NCBI GenBank assembly: GCA_013265495.1
Contig: MU058844.1
Span: forward strand, 12,050,184 to 12,114,183
DNA from: Vicugna vicugna
Taxonomy: Eukaryota
Direction of reading: 5' to 3'
Length of the DNA: 64,000 nt
How positions within the stretch are numbered: position 1 is the first letter of the stretch; every line of letters begins with the position of its first letter. Position numbers and translations under genes: made by a program. Below are positions 26,252 to 41,095 of this stretch, piece after piece. A model generated the notes under the pieces. It was given only the letters and a program-made list of their open reading frames with translations. It had not been told where the DNA came from and did not search any database.

Positions 26252-28410
26252 CAGAGTTAATGCCTATCATTCTGAAACTATACCAAAAACTTGCAGAAGG
26301 AGGAATACTTCTGAATTCATTCTGTGAGCCCAGCATCACTGTGACACCAAAATAGGTCAAAGGTATCACAAAAAAAGAAAATTATAGGGCAATACCACTA
26401 ATGAACCATAGATGGAAAAATCCTCAACAAAATATTAGCAAACCAAATCCAGCAGTGCATTAAAAGACTTGTATGCCATAATTAAAGTGGGATTTAGCCC
26501 ACTGATATAAAGGTTTTACAAAATTCCCAAATCAATCAATGTGATACCACATTAACAAATTGAAGAGTAAAAACCATATGATCATCTCAATAAATACAGC
26601 AAAACCTGACAAAATTCAGCATCCATTTATGATAAAAACTCTCCAGAAAGTGAGTATAGAGGAAACATACCTCAATATAATAAGGGCCATATGTGATAGG
26701 CCCAAAACTAACATCATACTCAACAGTGAAAAGCTGAAAGATATTCCTCTAAAAATAACATGAAGACAAGGATGCCCACTCTCACCACTTCTATTCAGTG
26801 TAGTAATGGAAGTCCTAGCCACAGTAATCAGATAAGAAAAAATAAATAAAAAGGATCCAGATTGGAAAGGAAGAAGTAAAACTGTCACTGTTTACAGATG
26901 ATATAATACTATAAATAGAAAATTCGAAAGACACCACCAAAAAACCTCTAGAACTCATCAATGAATTCAGTAAAGTTGCAGGATACAAAATTAATACACA
27001 GAAATCTATATGCTAACAATGAAGTATCAGAAAGAGAAATTATGGAGAAAAGATAGTCTCCTCAGTGAGTGGTGCTGGAGAAACTGGACAACTACATGTA
27101 AAAAATAAAATAAAATTAGAACATTTCCTACACTATACAAAAAATAAACTCAAATGGGTTAAAGACCTAAATATAAGACCAGAAACCAGAAAACTTTTAG
27201 GAGAAAATATAGGGAGAACACTCTTTGACATAAATCATAGCAATATAGCAACTTGTGGGGGCTCTGCCTCCCAAAGCAAAGAAAATAAAAGCAAAAATAA
27301 ACACCTGGGACCTATTTAAACTGAAACACTTTTGCAGGACAAAGGAAACCATCAATAAAACGAAAAAGTAACCTATTGAATGGGAGAAAATATTTAGAAA
27401 TGATATGACACATAACAGGTTTATATTCAAAACATACAAATAGCTCATACAACTCAACATAAAAAAATTAACAACCTGATTTAAAAATGGGTAGAATACC
27501 AGAATAGACATTTTTACAAAGAAGACATAAAGATGGCCAACAGGTACACAAAAAGATGTTCAACACTGTTAATCGTCAAAGAAATACAAACCTAACCACA
27601 ATGAGATATCACATCATACCTGCCAGAATGGCTATCATCAAAAAGATCACAAACAACAAATGTTAGTGAGGATGTGGGGAAAAGAGATCCCTTGTACACT
27701 ATTGGTATACAGTAGTTAGTGTGAAAAACAGTATGGAGGTTTCTCAAAAAACTAAAAATAGAATTATCTTATGATCCAGCAATGCCACTCCTGGGTATAT
27801 ATCCAAAGAAAATATAAACACTAATTTTAAAGATACATGCACCTCATTGTTCATAGCAGCATTATTTATAATTGCCAAGATATGGAAGCAACCTAAGTGT
27901 CCATCAATAGATGAATGGCTAAAGAAGATGTGGTATATTTATATACAGTGGAATATTACTCAGCCACAACAAAGAATGAAATTCTGACATTTCTAACAAC
28001 ATAAATGGACCTGGAGGGTATTACACCTAGCAAAGTAAGTCAGAGAAAGACAAATACTGTGTGATATTACTTACATAAGGAATTTTAAAAAAGAAGACAA
28101 TCTGTTGAATACGACAAAAAAGCAGACTCGCAGATACAGAAAACAAACTGATTACCAGTGGAAACAGGGAAGAGGGGAGGGACAAGATAGGGGTAGGGGA
28201 TTAAAAGATACAAAGTACAATGTATAAAATAAATAAGCTACAAGGACATACTATACAGCACAGGTAATATAGCCAATATTTTATAATAACTATAAATGGA
28301 ATGAAACTTTTACAAATTGTGAATCATTATGTTGTACACCTGAAACTTATATATTATAAATCAACTATACTGCAATTAAAAATGCAAATAAAAAAATAAA
28401 TTTTAAAAAG
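26252..28410 (+). mobile_element. 5'-truncated L1 (RT domain to A-rich tail), pseudogenised, with an internal deletion
   Basis: ORF2 motifs 'KNHMIISI...[14 protein letters not shown]' and 'agacaaggatgcccactctcaccact' (RQGCPLSP); catalytic motif reads FTDD at 26891-26902; frameshifts; 3' UTR and tail. Confidence 0.95.
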
Positions 28411-30569
28411 ATAGTAAATCTTATAGCCTCATGTTGAATAAATACATATTAAACTTAAAAATGCAGGTTTATTAGCAAAAATCAATCTCCTCCTCCACTT
28501 CCTCCTCATTCTTTTAATTCTACTCTATCTCCTTCTGTGTCTGTTTCTCATATGTATATACACTGACATTGAATAATATTAAATATGTTTTCTATCCTAA
28601 CTACCCACTATAGAAACATTCTGTGATATTTTATAGCTATGTCTAGAATCCAAGAAATTATGTAACACATGGATTAACAATTACTTAGAGTGACATTAGT
28701 ATCCTTCTCAAAATGTTCAGCTATATCTGCAGAAAAACACTCCCTGAACAGTATATCAAGTTTGGAGAGCCTATTGTTAGCTAAACTCACTTTTCACATA
28801 ATATCATTAGCAAGTGTTAATGTCACAAAGTTAAAGACAGATTTTAAAGACTTGATAATGCCTTTGTCTATGTAAAAAATTGCTAAGTGCCAAAGTATCT
28901 AAGAGGTGAGAATCTGTTATGTATGCATTTCATGGCATTTGCTACAAGCTATGGAGTTGTGAAAACTCAACATATATAACAAAATACCACACAGCATGGA
29001 TGGTAAAATAATACTGAGGTCTTCGTTCTATCATTCTTGCCAGAGAACCTCTGAAGGATCTTATTATGCCTCATTATAAAGATGAATATACAATAATTTT
29101 CTTGTATTGGTATAGGTCAGATTATTAGTATAGCCATAGAAAAGAAGTAAATTTTGCATCTTTGGGAACATTGATACTCTTGGTCAATGAAATTATTAAA
29201 ATCAATAAAATAGACCGTAGTCATCTTAAGGAATAGATTATTTGCAAAATCCTTTTTTGTTTGTTGCCAATAGAATCAGACATGTGATTGCATTAAGCAA
29301 TGAAATTACTCTAGGGTTTCATATATTTTCAAATAAAATTACTTATAAATAACAAGTCATTATATTTAACAACTATATGCATACAAACACACAGTGGCTT
29401 TCATGAATATACATGAAAGAGTATACTTAATTTTTCACCTTTACCAAAAAGTTATTGAACAGTACAGATCCATAAAATTCAAAGCTATCAAATTCCATTA
29501 GCAGAAACCATGCCTGAAAGCAACTGAGGACATGAAAATAAACCAAAAATGGCCCCTGAACCTGTTCCTTGTCATTTATCTTAACTCATTCTTCCTACTT
29601 TGTCACTGAACTCATTTACACTGCTTACCTTAACTCCCTTCCTCGACCACCATATTCCAATTAATGAATACATGTGTCAAAATAATCTACCCAAAGCTAA
29701 TTCTTTATACCTTTTCCTATGTTGAGAACAGTGTGTGTATTTCTCCCCAAAAAAGGAAAATACGACAGTAAGAAGCAACCACCTACATGAAGAAAATTAA
29801 TTTTCGGCTTGTAGCTGAATTAAATTTGCAATGGATGTGATGTTAATTACTCCCAAGGAAAAATACAACAGAATTTTACAATTTTATCCTAAAATTCACA
29901 ATCATCTTTGAACTATTTAAACAGATTAAAAACAGACTGTAACTTTTAATGTTACTTAAATATCTAGAAATAATTTCTATTATTAACAAATATACAGAAC
30001 ACAACAGGACAAAATAAATGCTCCTTGCTATTGTAGCATTACTCTAAGGAGAAGATAAGCCACTAGCTATTAGAGCTTTCAAAACTATTGCATCAATCAC
30101 CAAATTGAGCGAATAAAGTTATCCTTAATATGGAAAGTAATGGCTGTGTTTCATGCAGTTCAGTATCTCTGTTGAAATGCCTTCCAATTTCAATTCAGAA
30201 TAGCAATTTTGTCAGCAGAGATGAGAATTAATGCTCTGAGCAAGTGAGTTTCTTGAATAACAAAAATACATCAAATTTTCTTTGCATTCTTTGTCTAGAA
30301 CATGGGCGGTCATACTCTTGGTGCCCAATAAATGCTCGTTGACTTGAACCACTGCATATTTTTACTAAATGGTCATTTGTACTCCCTTTTGACCATGGTT
30401 CCAGAAAAAGAAAGGCCCAGAGCTTCCACACACTGCACCCAGAGCCAGCAGGGGGCTGAAATCACTACCTACCAGGAAACCATATCACTCTTGAAAAACA
30501 AGGTCAAAGATTCACTCTTCTCATCAACAAGTAGGTACAGAAACCTAGATCCTGATTACACACTGGTTT

Positions 30570-32028
30570 TTTCTTTTTCCCCAGTAACAGCTTTATTGAC
30601 ATATAATTCAGATACCATAAAATCCACCCTTTTAGAGCATACAATTCAGGGGTTTTTAGACTATTCATGGAGTTGTGCAATGATCAACACCATATAATTT
30701 CAGGACATTTTTGTCACCTCAAAAAGAAACCTCATAGCCATTAACAAACAGCCATTCTCCATTCCCTCATCCCTTCAGTCTCTGGCAACTACTAATCTAC
30801 TTTCTGTTGCTGGGGATTTGCCTAATCGGAACATTTTACATAAATAATCATACAATATATGACCTTTTGTGACTGGCTTCTTTCACTTAGCATATTTTCA
30901 AGGTAGATCTGTACTGTAGTATGTGTCAATACTTCATTCTTTTTTATTGCCAAATTACCTTCCACTTCCACTTTATAAATTATATACATTTATTTACCCA
31001 TTCATGAACTGATGGACATTTATTTTCACTTCTTGGCTACTATAAATAATGGTACAAACTTTTGTGTACAAGTCTTTGTGTGATTTAGGGCTGCATTTCT
31101 CTTGGATATATACTGAGGAGAGGAAATGCTGAGTCACATGGTAACTCGATGCTTAACATTTTGAGGAACTGCTAACAAGTTTTCCAAAGTGACTGCACCA
31201 TTTCACAATCGCACCAGCAACGTATAAGATTCTAATGTCTCCACCTCCTCACGACACTTGTTATTGCCTTCTGATTTTAGCCATCCTACTGGGTTTGAAG
31301 TGTTATTTTTGTTTTAACTTGCATTTCTCTGATAACTAATAATGTTTTCAGGTGCTTACTGGACATCTGTATATCCTCTTTAGAGAAGTATATATTCAAA
31401 TATTTTACCTATTTTTATTTGGGTTGTCCACCACTGAATTGTGAGAGTTCTTTAATAGTATGGACACTAGGTGGGGAGGGTGTAGCTCAGTGGTAGAGTG
31501 TGTGCATGAGGTCCTCGGTTCAACCCCCAGTACCACCATTAAAAAATAAATAAACCTAATACCTCTCCCTACAAACACACAAAAATGTAATAAAGTAACA
31601 AAAATCCAAAAAAAAAAAAAAGGATGGACACTTATCTCTTCTCAGATACATGAATTTCAAGTATTTTCTCCCATTCTCCCAGATGGTTTCACTTTCTTGA
31701 TGGTGACCCTTGACACACAACTTTTAATTTTGATGATGTCCAATCTACCTACTTTTTTCCTTTTGTTGCCTGTATTTTTGGCGTCAAATCTAAGAAACCA
31801 GTGCCTAACCTATGATCATGAAAATTTACACCTAGGTTTTCTTTTGAAAGAAAAGCCATAGTTGTGGCTCTTATATTTAGGTCTATAATCCCTTTTGAGT
31901 TAATTTTTGTACATGGTAGGAACTATATCAAATTCATTCTTTTACTTGTGGATATCCAAATATTCCAGCACCATTTGTTGGAAAGACTCCTCTTTCCACA
32001 CTGAATTATCTTGGCAGCCTTGTTGAAC
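30570..32028 (-). mobile_element. L1MB-type 3' fragment interrupted by a SINE
   Basis: 'cagctttattgacatataattca', 'ttttgaggaactgc...tttccaaagtgactgcaccatt', 'ccagcaccatttgttggaaagact'. Confidence 0.88.
31471..31621 (+). mobile_element. tRNA-derived SINE (Vic-1 type) nested in L1MB
   Basis: 'ggggagggtgtagctcagtggtagag...ggttcaacccccagtacc' plus poly-A; flanking repeat ag(t/g)atggacact. Confidence 0.88.
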
Positions 32029-33849
32029 ACCCTGTAGCTTCTTCAAAGTCAAATGTATACCTGTTTACATAGAATAATTGCAAAATTCAGTTACTATCAT
32101 TAGATACAGGGTTGTAATTCATTTTTATGAGGCTTTTTGTGGTTCTATCCCCAAATCCTCTGTTTAAACTGGTAGCAACCCTTTTTTTTTTTCATTTCAA
32201 AGATCATGGTTGTTTCAAAATCTAAATTTTATTTTCTAGGTGTGTTGTGCTAAACATTATAATACATTGACTTTTCAGGATAATATGAAGAAAGTTCTAA
32301 AACACTAACATTCATTTAGTTTTAAGTTCTACTATGGTTGTTCACTCTTTTAAAGAAAACTATGAGCAGATGCTAGACTAATTATGCAAAGCCAGATTGC
32401 TTTTAAGACCTTAAATTCACTGAAACAACCAGTACAGAGGACAGCTCTTGCCTTGGAGCTGCCTGATAGACCTTTTCTTTGCTAACATTATCCAATTCCA
32501 TCTTAGGAAACAACTCTCCTTTCCTATAGGGTATCTTGCTGGAGCAGTAAATCAAGGTGCTTTGTCCTCCCACTACAGGACCCTCAAGGAGTACCTGAAG
32601 GTCTCACCATGGGTCTTCTCCCTTTTGCATTCATATACAGATAAGTGGGAACAACCTGAAATACAGGCTCTTAGAAATTCAAGCAAGATAATCAAGGGCA
32701 GATTATGTAATCTCAGTCCATGTATCCCAGGGAGCTGCCAGATGATTAAATGTTCCTACTCCCCAGAGCCATAAGAATATTCCTGGTTCTAGTCTATCTG
32801 TAGCCTGGTTTGCAGTATTTCTTTCAATAACAGAAACTACACCATTAACATCAAATAAATTCATTTATTTGCTTAAGGTAATCATAATAATTTATTGCTT
32901 AAAAAAAGAAGAACCTTAACTTATGCAGTCAATTCCAAAGATATCAGAGATTTTGATCTTGTTTTCTAATAAGACTTCTCCATGAATAAAAACTGATAAG
33001 CTTTCTCAGAGTCTTTAATAGCTGGGTCAACACAAATTACACAATTGCTTGAATTAATGAGCTTGTTTAAGCAGGCGGTTTCTAACATCATTAATGTCAT
33101 CATAATTTGCCTCCTTGTCCGGGAAACACCAACCCACTAACTTGCATAGAGCTTTGAACATGCTTACATTCCTTAGATGCTTTTGTCTTAAGTTAGCCAA
33201 GCTGCTTTCCAACTACTTTTCAAGAGAATATTCATTAATGGCACATACCAGAAACAGGAAAAGAACTGAATTTTTGGCATATGTTTTTAATTTAAAGATA
33301 AGAGGAAGTGATGAGTTACAAGATTTTTTTCCTGCTGAAATATTGTGGATAAAGACTCAGTATGTGGGAACTACCCGATTAGCCTGATGGAGTAAATTTC
33401 CATGATCTTGGGTTAGGCAATGATTTCTTAAATATGACACTAGAAGAACTAGCAACAATAGGAAAAATAAATCAACTGGACTTTATTAAAAAGTAAAGAA
33501 TACGCCTGCAAACAATTCCATCCTCTAGCCATTCAAGTAGCCTCTGCCTTTCTAGTCTTTCTTAATGCCTCAGACAGCAAGAAGCAGAGACAAGTCACCC
33601 CCACATGTGGACAATGCCCTGTCCAAACTTCTGACCCATGTATTCCATGAGCATACAAAACAATGGCTGTTTTATATCGCTAAGTTTTGAGGTAATTTTA
33701 TTTATATAGTAACTGGAACATTCTGATTCCTGCAAGTGGCGTGCTATCGTAACAAACCGAAAACATGTGGCAACAGACACCCAGAACAACAGATATGGTC
33801 TTATCCCTGACAGTCTATTGAAAAGTACAGACCAGTAAATAATCAACAG

Positions 33850-34505
33850 CAATAAAGAATTAAAAAGAGCCACAATACGATGAGATGACTGAACAGGGAT
33901 GCTAGCGTGAACACCTCTGCTTATCTGGGTTCTCAGGGGAGATCTCCTCTATGCAGTGTCACCTAGATTGAGGGCAGCAAAGTAGGAAGACAGCGTCCAA
34001 AAGGAAAATCACGTGTGAAGACTGGGGGTCCTACAGCCATGGAACATTCAAGAACATACATTAAGTTTCTGTATGATGGGAGCCTAGCATGTGAGGAAGA
34101 GGTGATTCTGAAGCTGAAGAAAGAGAAGGAAGTCAGGCCCTGTAACACTTTATACAGCATCCTAAGTAGCTTGTTTCTTATCTTAAGGGAAATACCACTG
34201 ATGTTTGAAGCAGAGAGATGGCATGATTATCCACCACGTCGACTAATGTGGGGAGAATGGATTAAACAGTGGCAGAGACAATGCAGAAAGTCATCCAACA
34301 ATCTAGAGCAGCCAGAGAGGGGGCTGAATTAAGTACTGGCTATGGAGACAGAGAATCCTGAACAGATTTTAGAATGAGTTAAACAGTAGGAGTTGAGGAT
34401 GAAGCCCATGTTTTTTTTAATTTCAGCAAGGGACTGAATGATACCACCAGACACTGCGAAAGAAAACCAGAAAGAACAGCTGGTGGGGGAATTTGGTAAA
34501 TCATA
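33850..34505 (-). mobile_element. L2 fragment
   Basis: Purine-rich reverse-L2 pattern 'gggaaataccactgatgtttgaagcagagagatggcatgat', 'gggctgaattaag...tggagac'. Confidence 0.6.
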
Positions 34506-35579
34506 ATCAAGTGTTTGCCTCCTTCTAAATATAAGATGAGAAAACTCATATTATCAACATGAAAAATGGATAGATGTCTCATCCATAGGAATATTTCTTC
34601 AGGGCTCTTTTGAAATATAGATGCTTAAAGAAGAAATTTAATAAGCATCAAATATTTGTACATTAAATATTAAAACATTTAGGAAATGTCTTTCGCTAGG
34701 TGGGAAAGGGATCCAGCCCCCCTCCCCCAAATCAATGGTTGCCATTTTCAGTTTTAACATTCAAGACATAAATACTCCCATTAGAAGGAAGAAATGATCC
34801 TTTAAACAACTACCTCTTCAAAAAGAAAAGATGGCCAGATTCAGCTAGGAAATGGGAAATCAATGAGAATCTTCATGCTGGGGTGTTTGAAATTACTTAA
34901 CAAGCCATCACGTGGCCACTGAGCCAAATGACCTCTCCTATCACCCCACATCACTCCTGCACTGAGAGGCCAGATCAGCTATACTCATCGACTAAAAATA
35001 AACCCTTCCTTCCTTACCACAATTCGTGTCTTAACTCAGCTGGGTCAAACAACACAATATTTACGGTGAATGGCAGAATACTTTCAGATCTAATTATAAT
35101 TTCCACAAGTTTCTGAACATGTTGTGTTTTCAAAATGAATTTCAACACAATTGGATGACTCATACATCAATATGAATCGAGGGCACTGGGGATAACAAAC
35201 GTCTGTATTGTTGCACATGCAGATGATAAACTGGCAGGATCAGAGTTTATTTTGCTACTGAATAATGCTAACGAGGCCAAGGGCAAGAGCTTGGTCCTTT
35301 TAAGGGGAATTCAAAATTGCTTTCTTTAGCCTCGCACTCCCCAAACAGGCTAATGTGTTCATAAAACACATAAAAATGATCACAAGGGTACCCTTGTATC
35401 AAGGCTGTATTATGAAAAAGCCACTGACACTTCCAGAAAATCAAGTTAACGTTTATGCGTGGGTGGCTGGGTAGCAGGGGCTCTCATGTTGGCCCGCACA
35501 CTGTTCAGTCAGCACCACACAAAAATAGTGTTCTAAAGCCCTGGAGTTTTTCACAGTCTTACTAGTCAAGCATTTACTT

Positions 35580-36340
35580 TAATATGTTTCCTGCCATACT
35601 TCATTATTCACTCCCAATTCTGTATATGTGTGATTTTCCGATTAGTTTTTGCACTTGGAGCTTCACCTTGTACCTGACAATGAGCCGTATTTCTGCAGCT
35701 ACATCACTCTGCCTCCTTAAAGGATGCAGGCAAGATTCAGACCCTCCCTCTCACCACTTAGCCTCCAGCCACCATGACTCTGTACTCTGTATAATCCAGC
35801 CTAACACATGGGCCACTCTATCTCGGTTCAGGTCTTCACCACACCTCCCCTTCCAGCTCCTCAAGCAAAGCCACCCAAGACCTCTCTCTAAACTTTAGAG
35901 ATGAACTGCCAATGGCCTATACTGCCATTTGAGTATCTTCCAGGCATCTTAAACTGAAAACCACATTTGGACCCTAGCTTCCATCTTCCCACCCATCTAT
36001 CAATTCCCTCCTCCAGATGGTGGCTTACACCCGAAATACGAGACATTCTTGGGCCTCTCCTTTTCCTCACCACACATCCAGGCCTGTCTTATCAATTCTC
36101 TCTGAAACCTGGTAAAAATATTCTTAACTATTCTCCACTTACTTGACTGAAAATATCAGATTGACTGATAGTTTCCATTTCTTCTATCAAAAGACACTGA
36201 CTTGCGACTGTGGCACACTGAATGCTTGCAGCCAATACAAGGTTTATCTCTAGCATTCTCCCTGCATTTTTATTCCCTCCAATCAAATGACATCTGTGCC
36301 AGAAGTCAGTTGTAGTTTTTTCCAAACTTGCTTATACCAG
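35580..36340 (+). mobile_element. L2 fragment
   Basis: 'gacctctctctaaactttaga...ccaatggcctatactgccatt...caggcatcttaaact'. Confidence 0.55.
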
Positions 36341-36959
36341 TATGCACTTATTACAGAAATTATATATTTCAATAAAATATTATATAAACAAATGAAATTT
36401 GAATTTTATAAAGTTTGGCTCTACAAAAACAAGGCAGAATGTTTTGGAAAACTCTAAGAAAAATCGCTATATGAATTGCTTTTAAATCACCTACTAAGCA
36501 AAATTGGAAACAAAATTTAAAAACGAGTAAGTTGTGTGCTCTTATTCTCATTCCTGCTCCATGAAGACATTTACAGATGTTTTTAAATTCTTGCACCACT
36601 TTAAAGGAACTGAAACTGGCAATCCTGGAAGATATAACCATGGGTCTGGTTCATACAAAAGCAAACCAAACAAAATCAGTTCAGAACTCCAGTTCACAGA
36701 TTCACATTCAACAAATGGTCTCAAGCTGAATTAGAAGACTCACAATGAGTGTTTATATTCTTTAAGTTAAAATAAAGTACAAAACCTGTGCATATATTAT
36801 TTAGTATTTGTTTTTAACCAGCTTTGTCAATTAACTAACCAACTAGTGCAACTTCTACTGGATAATTCAAATAACAATAGTAGCTAACATTTACTGGCGT
36901 GAACCCTGTACCAGTTATCCTCATTTTAGAGATAATGAAACTAAGGGCTTCATCTGTAC

Positions 36960-37590
36960 ATCTGGACTCTGTCCATCACTATTTTCACTACCCTTCCATT
37001 CCTTCAGTAGCCTCTTAGCTACTTTCCACATTTTCACCCTCACTTCTTCTCCAGCCTTCATTAACCAATGAACAGTAGAGGATAGTCTTTTTTTTAAAAC
37101 TCAACTCTACTCAGACCATTCCCCTATTTAAAACTCTTCAACGTCATTACACTTGGTAAAACATTCAAAATCCTTACAAAGTCCTTCATGACTGGCACTT
37201 CCCTATTTCTCCATCTCTATCTCATGATACACCCCTCCTTGAGCACTGTATTCCAGCTACCTTGGCCTTTTGTTAGTTTCCACAATGTGCCAAGCTCTTT
37301 CTCATCTCTAAGAATTTTCCCATGTTCTCTACTCTGTTAAGAGACTTTTTTCTCATTTGTCTTCACTCTTCAGATCTCAACTTGAGCCTCTGCCTCTGAA
37401 TTCCAATTGAATTACTTCCTTTGGCTAATATTTAATTTCATAGCATCCAGTACTTCTCTCTCATAAGACATTACAACTGATAAATTATATATTTATTTGA
37501 GATTATTTTACTCCTGTCTTTTCAGGAGGATAAAGGCAAGATCTGTTCCATTCACCTCCTCAGTACCTCCCACAGTACCTTTAATCTAGA
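36960..37590 (+). mobile_element. L2 3' fragment
   Basis: 'ccctatttaaaactcttcaa', 'tgtattccagctaccttggcctt', 'ttcagatctcaacttg'. Confidence 0.6.
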
Positions 37591-39104
37591 AGATAAAATC
37601 ACCAGTAATTATTGTATCAATTCATCACTGTTTATTTCTGAGGCAGAGAACAGAGGCAACGCTATAGGATTTTCAAACTCACATGGCCCATAAAACCTCC
37701 ACTAAGAAAATGTTTCCTAAAAACAGTTGACAGTCATTCTCCAGTTAGGTTGTGAATATCTCCAAAGATGGAGATTCCTCCACTACCTGCATTATATTCT
37801 GTTCCTATAATAACCATCATTATATTTAAGATATCTAATTCATGAACTCCGAATTCTATTCCCCCTTGTCACAGATTTAGTAAATCTACCAAATAATATC
37901 TATGTAATGTTAGTATTTGCACTCAAGTTCTCAATGTAGTCATACATTAAAAATATGAAACATAGAGGTCCTTGAACTGCATGTTAGAAGAGCGTACCAG
38001 AAATCAAAATAGTTCCCACAGCAGAGCTCTCCAAAACAGCCGGTAGCCCATCTACATACAGTAACCTCTCCCTCATTCTGTGAACTGTACTTGAGGAGAG
38101 AACACCGAGACCTCACTCAAGCTCTATCCTAGTGTTATTTCAGACACAATGCCAGCAAGCACAGCTCACAGTCAGAATCAGCAAACAAAGAGGATTAGCT
38201 TTCTAAAAGTAGGCACATTGCCAGTGGTGAGAAATAACAGGAGACATGAGAATTCACAAAAAGACAAGCTGTCTGGATCCATTTAGTACATGGTGAAGCA
38301 GAGCTACATAGTCTAATATATCCTGAGGACAGGGCTGTGTCACTGGGCAGTGTAATAATAAAAATGCCTAATGATGACCTTGTTTTAGGAAGAAAAAGTT
38401 ATATCATTTTCAGTGTGTACTACTTCAGGAGACAAGGAAGAGAGTTCTACAACATAGCGGGGATATCAACTGAAAAAATACATTATCTGGAATACATAAT
38501 TTTCTTACAACATATCACAAAATCAAAGTATTACCCTGTCTTAGAGCTTTGCATCTCATGCCTTAATAAATAAAATTAAAATGGGCTGTATAAAGTTTCA
38601 AGCATAGAACTTCCTAATATTCTCTAAATAAAAGGCACAGACATGACAACATAAATTACCAAAATGAGAGGTTAACCATTCTACCTCAGTGATTTCATAA
38701 TTGTGAAGTGCCCATCTATTAAGAACATGGCTTAGATTAAATAGGAACATTAAGAAAATAGTATGGCATACAGTTTTCACAAGATGTTCCATAGTAAAGA
38801 ACTTTAACCTGACAGTCTTCCAGACAGATGAAATAGGCTGAAATAATATTTCAAAAATAATAATACAAAGTGATTATATATGATATGTATATATATAGAT
38901 TTATATTTTATTTCCACTGTGCATTATCTTTGGGTTCTCGCAAAGCATATTCTGCACAAACTGCTAAAATAGGAGCCCAAATACAGTGAATGGAAACTTG
39001 CTTGACCAAGAATCAGGTAGACTAATTCAAATATTCTGATTACCAGAAATTTAATTACCAATCAAAACCAAATACAGATTACAAAACTGCAGAGACAAAA
39101 ATTA

Positions 39105-39335
39105 TAATATTTCATATTAGAACTGTGCCAAATACTGTTCTAAGGAAGCATATTATCAGAAGGATCTAATCTAATCCTCAAAACAAGGCTAGCAAGTAGG
39201 TACTGCTATAATCCCAAGACAAAGCTGGAAAACCTAAAGAACAGAAATGTTCTACATTGCTCAAAAATCATACAGCTAGTAAATGAAAGTAGGATAAATG
39301 AAAGTAGTAGATTCTTGGAAGTCCATCTCAGAACA
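39105..39335. mobile_element. MIR SINE
   Basis: 'ctgtgccaaatactgttctaag...ctaatcctcaaaacaa...gtaggtactgcta'. Confidence 0.6.
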
Positions 39336-41095
39336 TACTTTTAATCATATCAAAACTCTATTTATGAGATCTTTAACTGTGACCATAAAAGAAATAGCTT
39401 TCTTCCATTTTATAAAGTTGTTAAGTTGAAGAGATATTAAAGTGACATAAAACACAATTTTGGAGAAAAGCTTTTTTTTCCTCAAATGTTTGTTTTCTCT
39501 CTGAAGAAAGGCACAAAGGGCCAACGACTTAATATAAAATAAGATGCATTCAATGATCTTCAAAACATTCTAATCCAGCAACCTCAAAATATTTTCCTGT
39601 TTTAAACAAAAGGTTATAGGAAAAAGAACAGTATGTTCTTCTTCAAACTGCCTCAAATCCCAGAAGCCAGCAGTCTATAAACAGTATGCTACTGTATAAA
39701 TTAACCATATGACACAGAGTCATAACCAATGGTTTAGAATCAGCATAGTCAAAAGGCACACATTAGAGATGTAAATGAGGATCAGCTGCATTTAATTTCT
39801 TCCAAAATGTAGGATGAATTTAGGTAAAGGCATTATTGCTTACAACAAACATATTTTGCCTAGCAACTAAAATACTGTATTTCCAGCTGAATAACTACGA
39901 CTCTCTAATAAACAGATAGTAATATCAGATACACGTCATTAGCGCTAGAACTGTATTTCACTGGAAATTTGCAAAAGATTATGAAAGACATAAAATTTTG
40001 TCCTTGGCTAAATAGACCCTTCAAAAGCACTCATTTGTTGCCATATTTTATTCCATTTAAATATTCAATAACTTAGAATTTTCAGATGAAAATTCATCTT
40101 CTTTCTACTTTCTGGCCAATTTCCTCAGCAACTTCCATTGAAAAAGTAGAAACGGGAAGCAAAAGGATCGAAAGTTGAAGTTTCCCAAATGTGATAATGA
40201 ACCTATTATTCTCTGCGTAGAATGCCTTTCCCCTGTCCTTGCCCACCTCAGTCTTTTGCTCTGTTCTGCCCTATTATAGATCCCCTCCTCTGATTCCAGG
40301 ACCTTCCTAGAATTGCATTTCAACAGACCACTCTTCTTGGAAATTGACTGTTTTGATTTGTGAGCTCCCCAGGTTTGGACCGTTCACCAGATTCTGCCAG
40401 ACAAAGCACAGAGGAGAATTACACAAGTACAATGTATTTGGAACCTGAACTCACAAGGACCAAAAAATGATGTGGGCGTCTGAAAAGAATTATCATTCAT
40501 TCACACACACACCACACACGCATTCTTGGTGACAGGATACTCCTGAGAACCTTTGGGGACAAGCTTTCATGACTTATAGAGAGAGAAGAGTTGGAGACCT
40601 ACAGCTTCCCAAGCAGGCTGGCCTCCATAGTGTGAAATCATCTGGAAACCTGGCTGCCCATCGGCTTTTTCTGACCCACAATTGCTATGGATATTGAGAA
40701 TAGAGAGTAATACTCAAAGTCACCTCCTCCCCAGTAGCAAGTGCAATTCTATTATTCTAACTAAAGGAACCATACGTCATGGGCAAGGTAGCCTAGGGAT
40801 GGCTGAGTGGTCAGTACAAGTAAGTACAAGTAGTAAATACAAGAACAATTCATTCAATCACTCACTCTTTGATTATTTCATCCAGCCGCCTACTAACCAT
40901 ATCTCAGAACGGAAATATTTATGCCTCTGAAGTTGGATATACTTGAGCTCAAATTTGATACTACCAATTACTAGTTAAATGGCCTTTGAACAAATTACTT
41001 ATTTTTAAGCTTCAGTTTCCCCATCTACAGAAGAGAAATAATAATAAATCTATTTGGGATTATTCTCAAGATGAGAACAACTCTTTCATTTAATA

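Noticed and set aside
26560..27511. Reverse transcriptase ORFs as an active or novel RT system
   Set aside because: Ordinary decayed L1 ORF2 with an FTDD motif, frameshifts and an internal deletion
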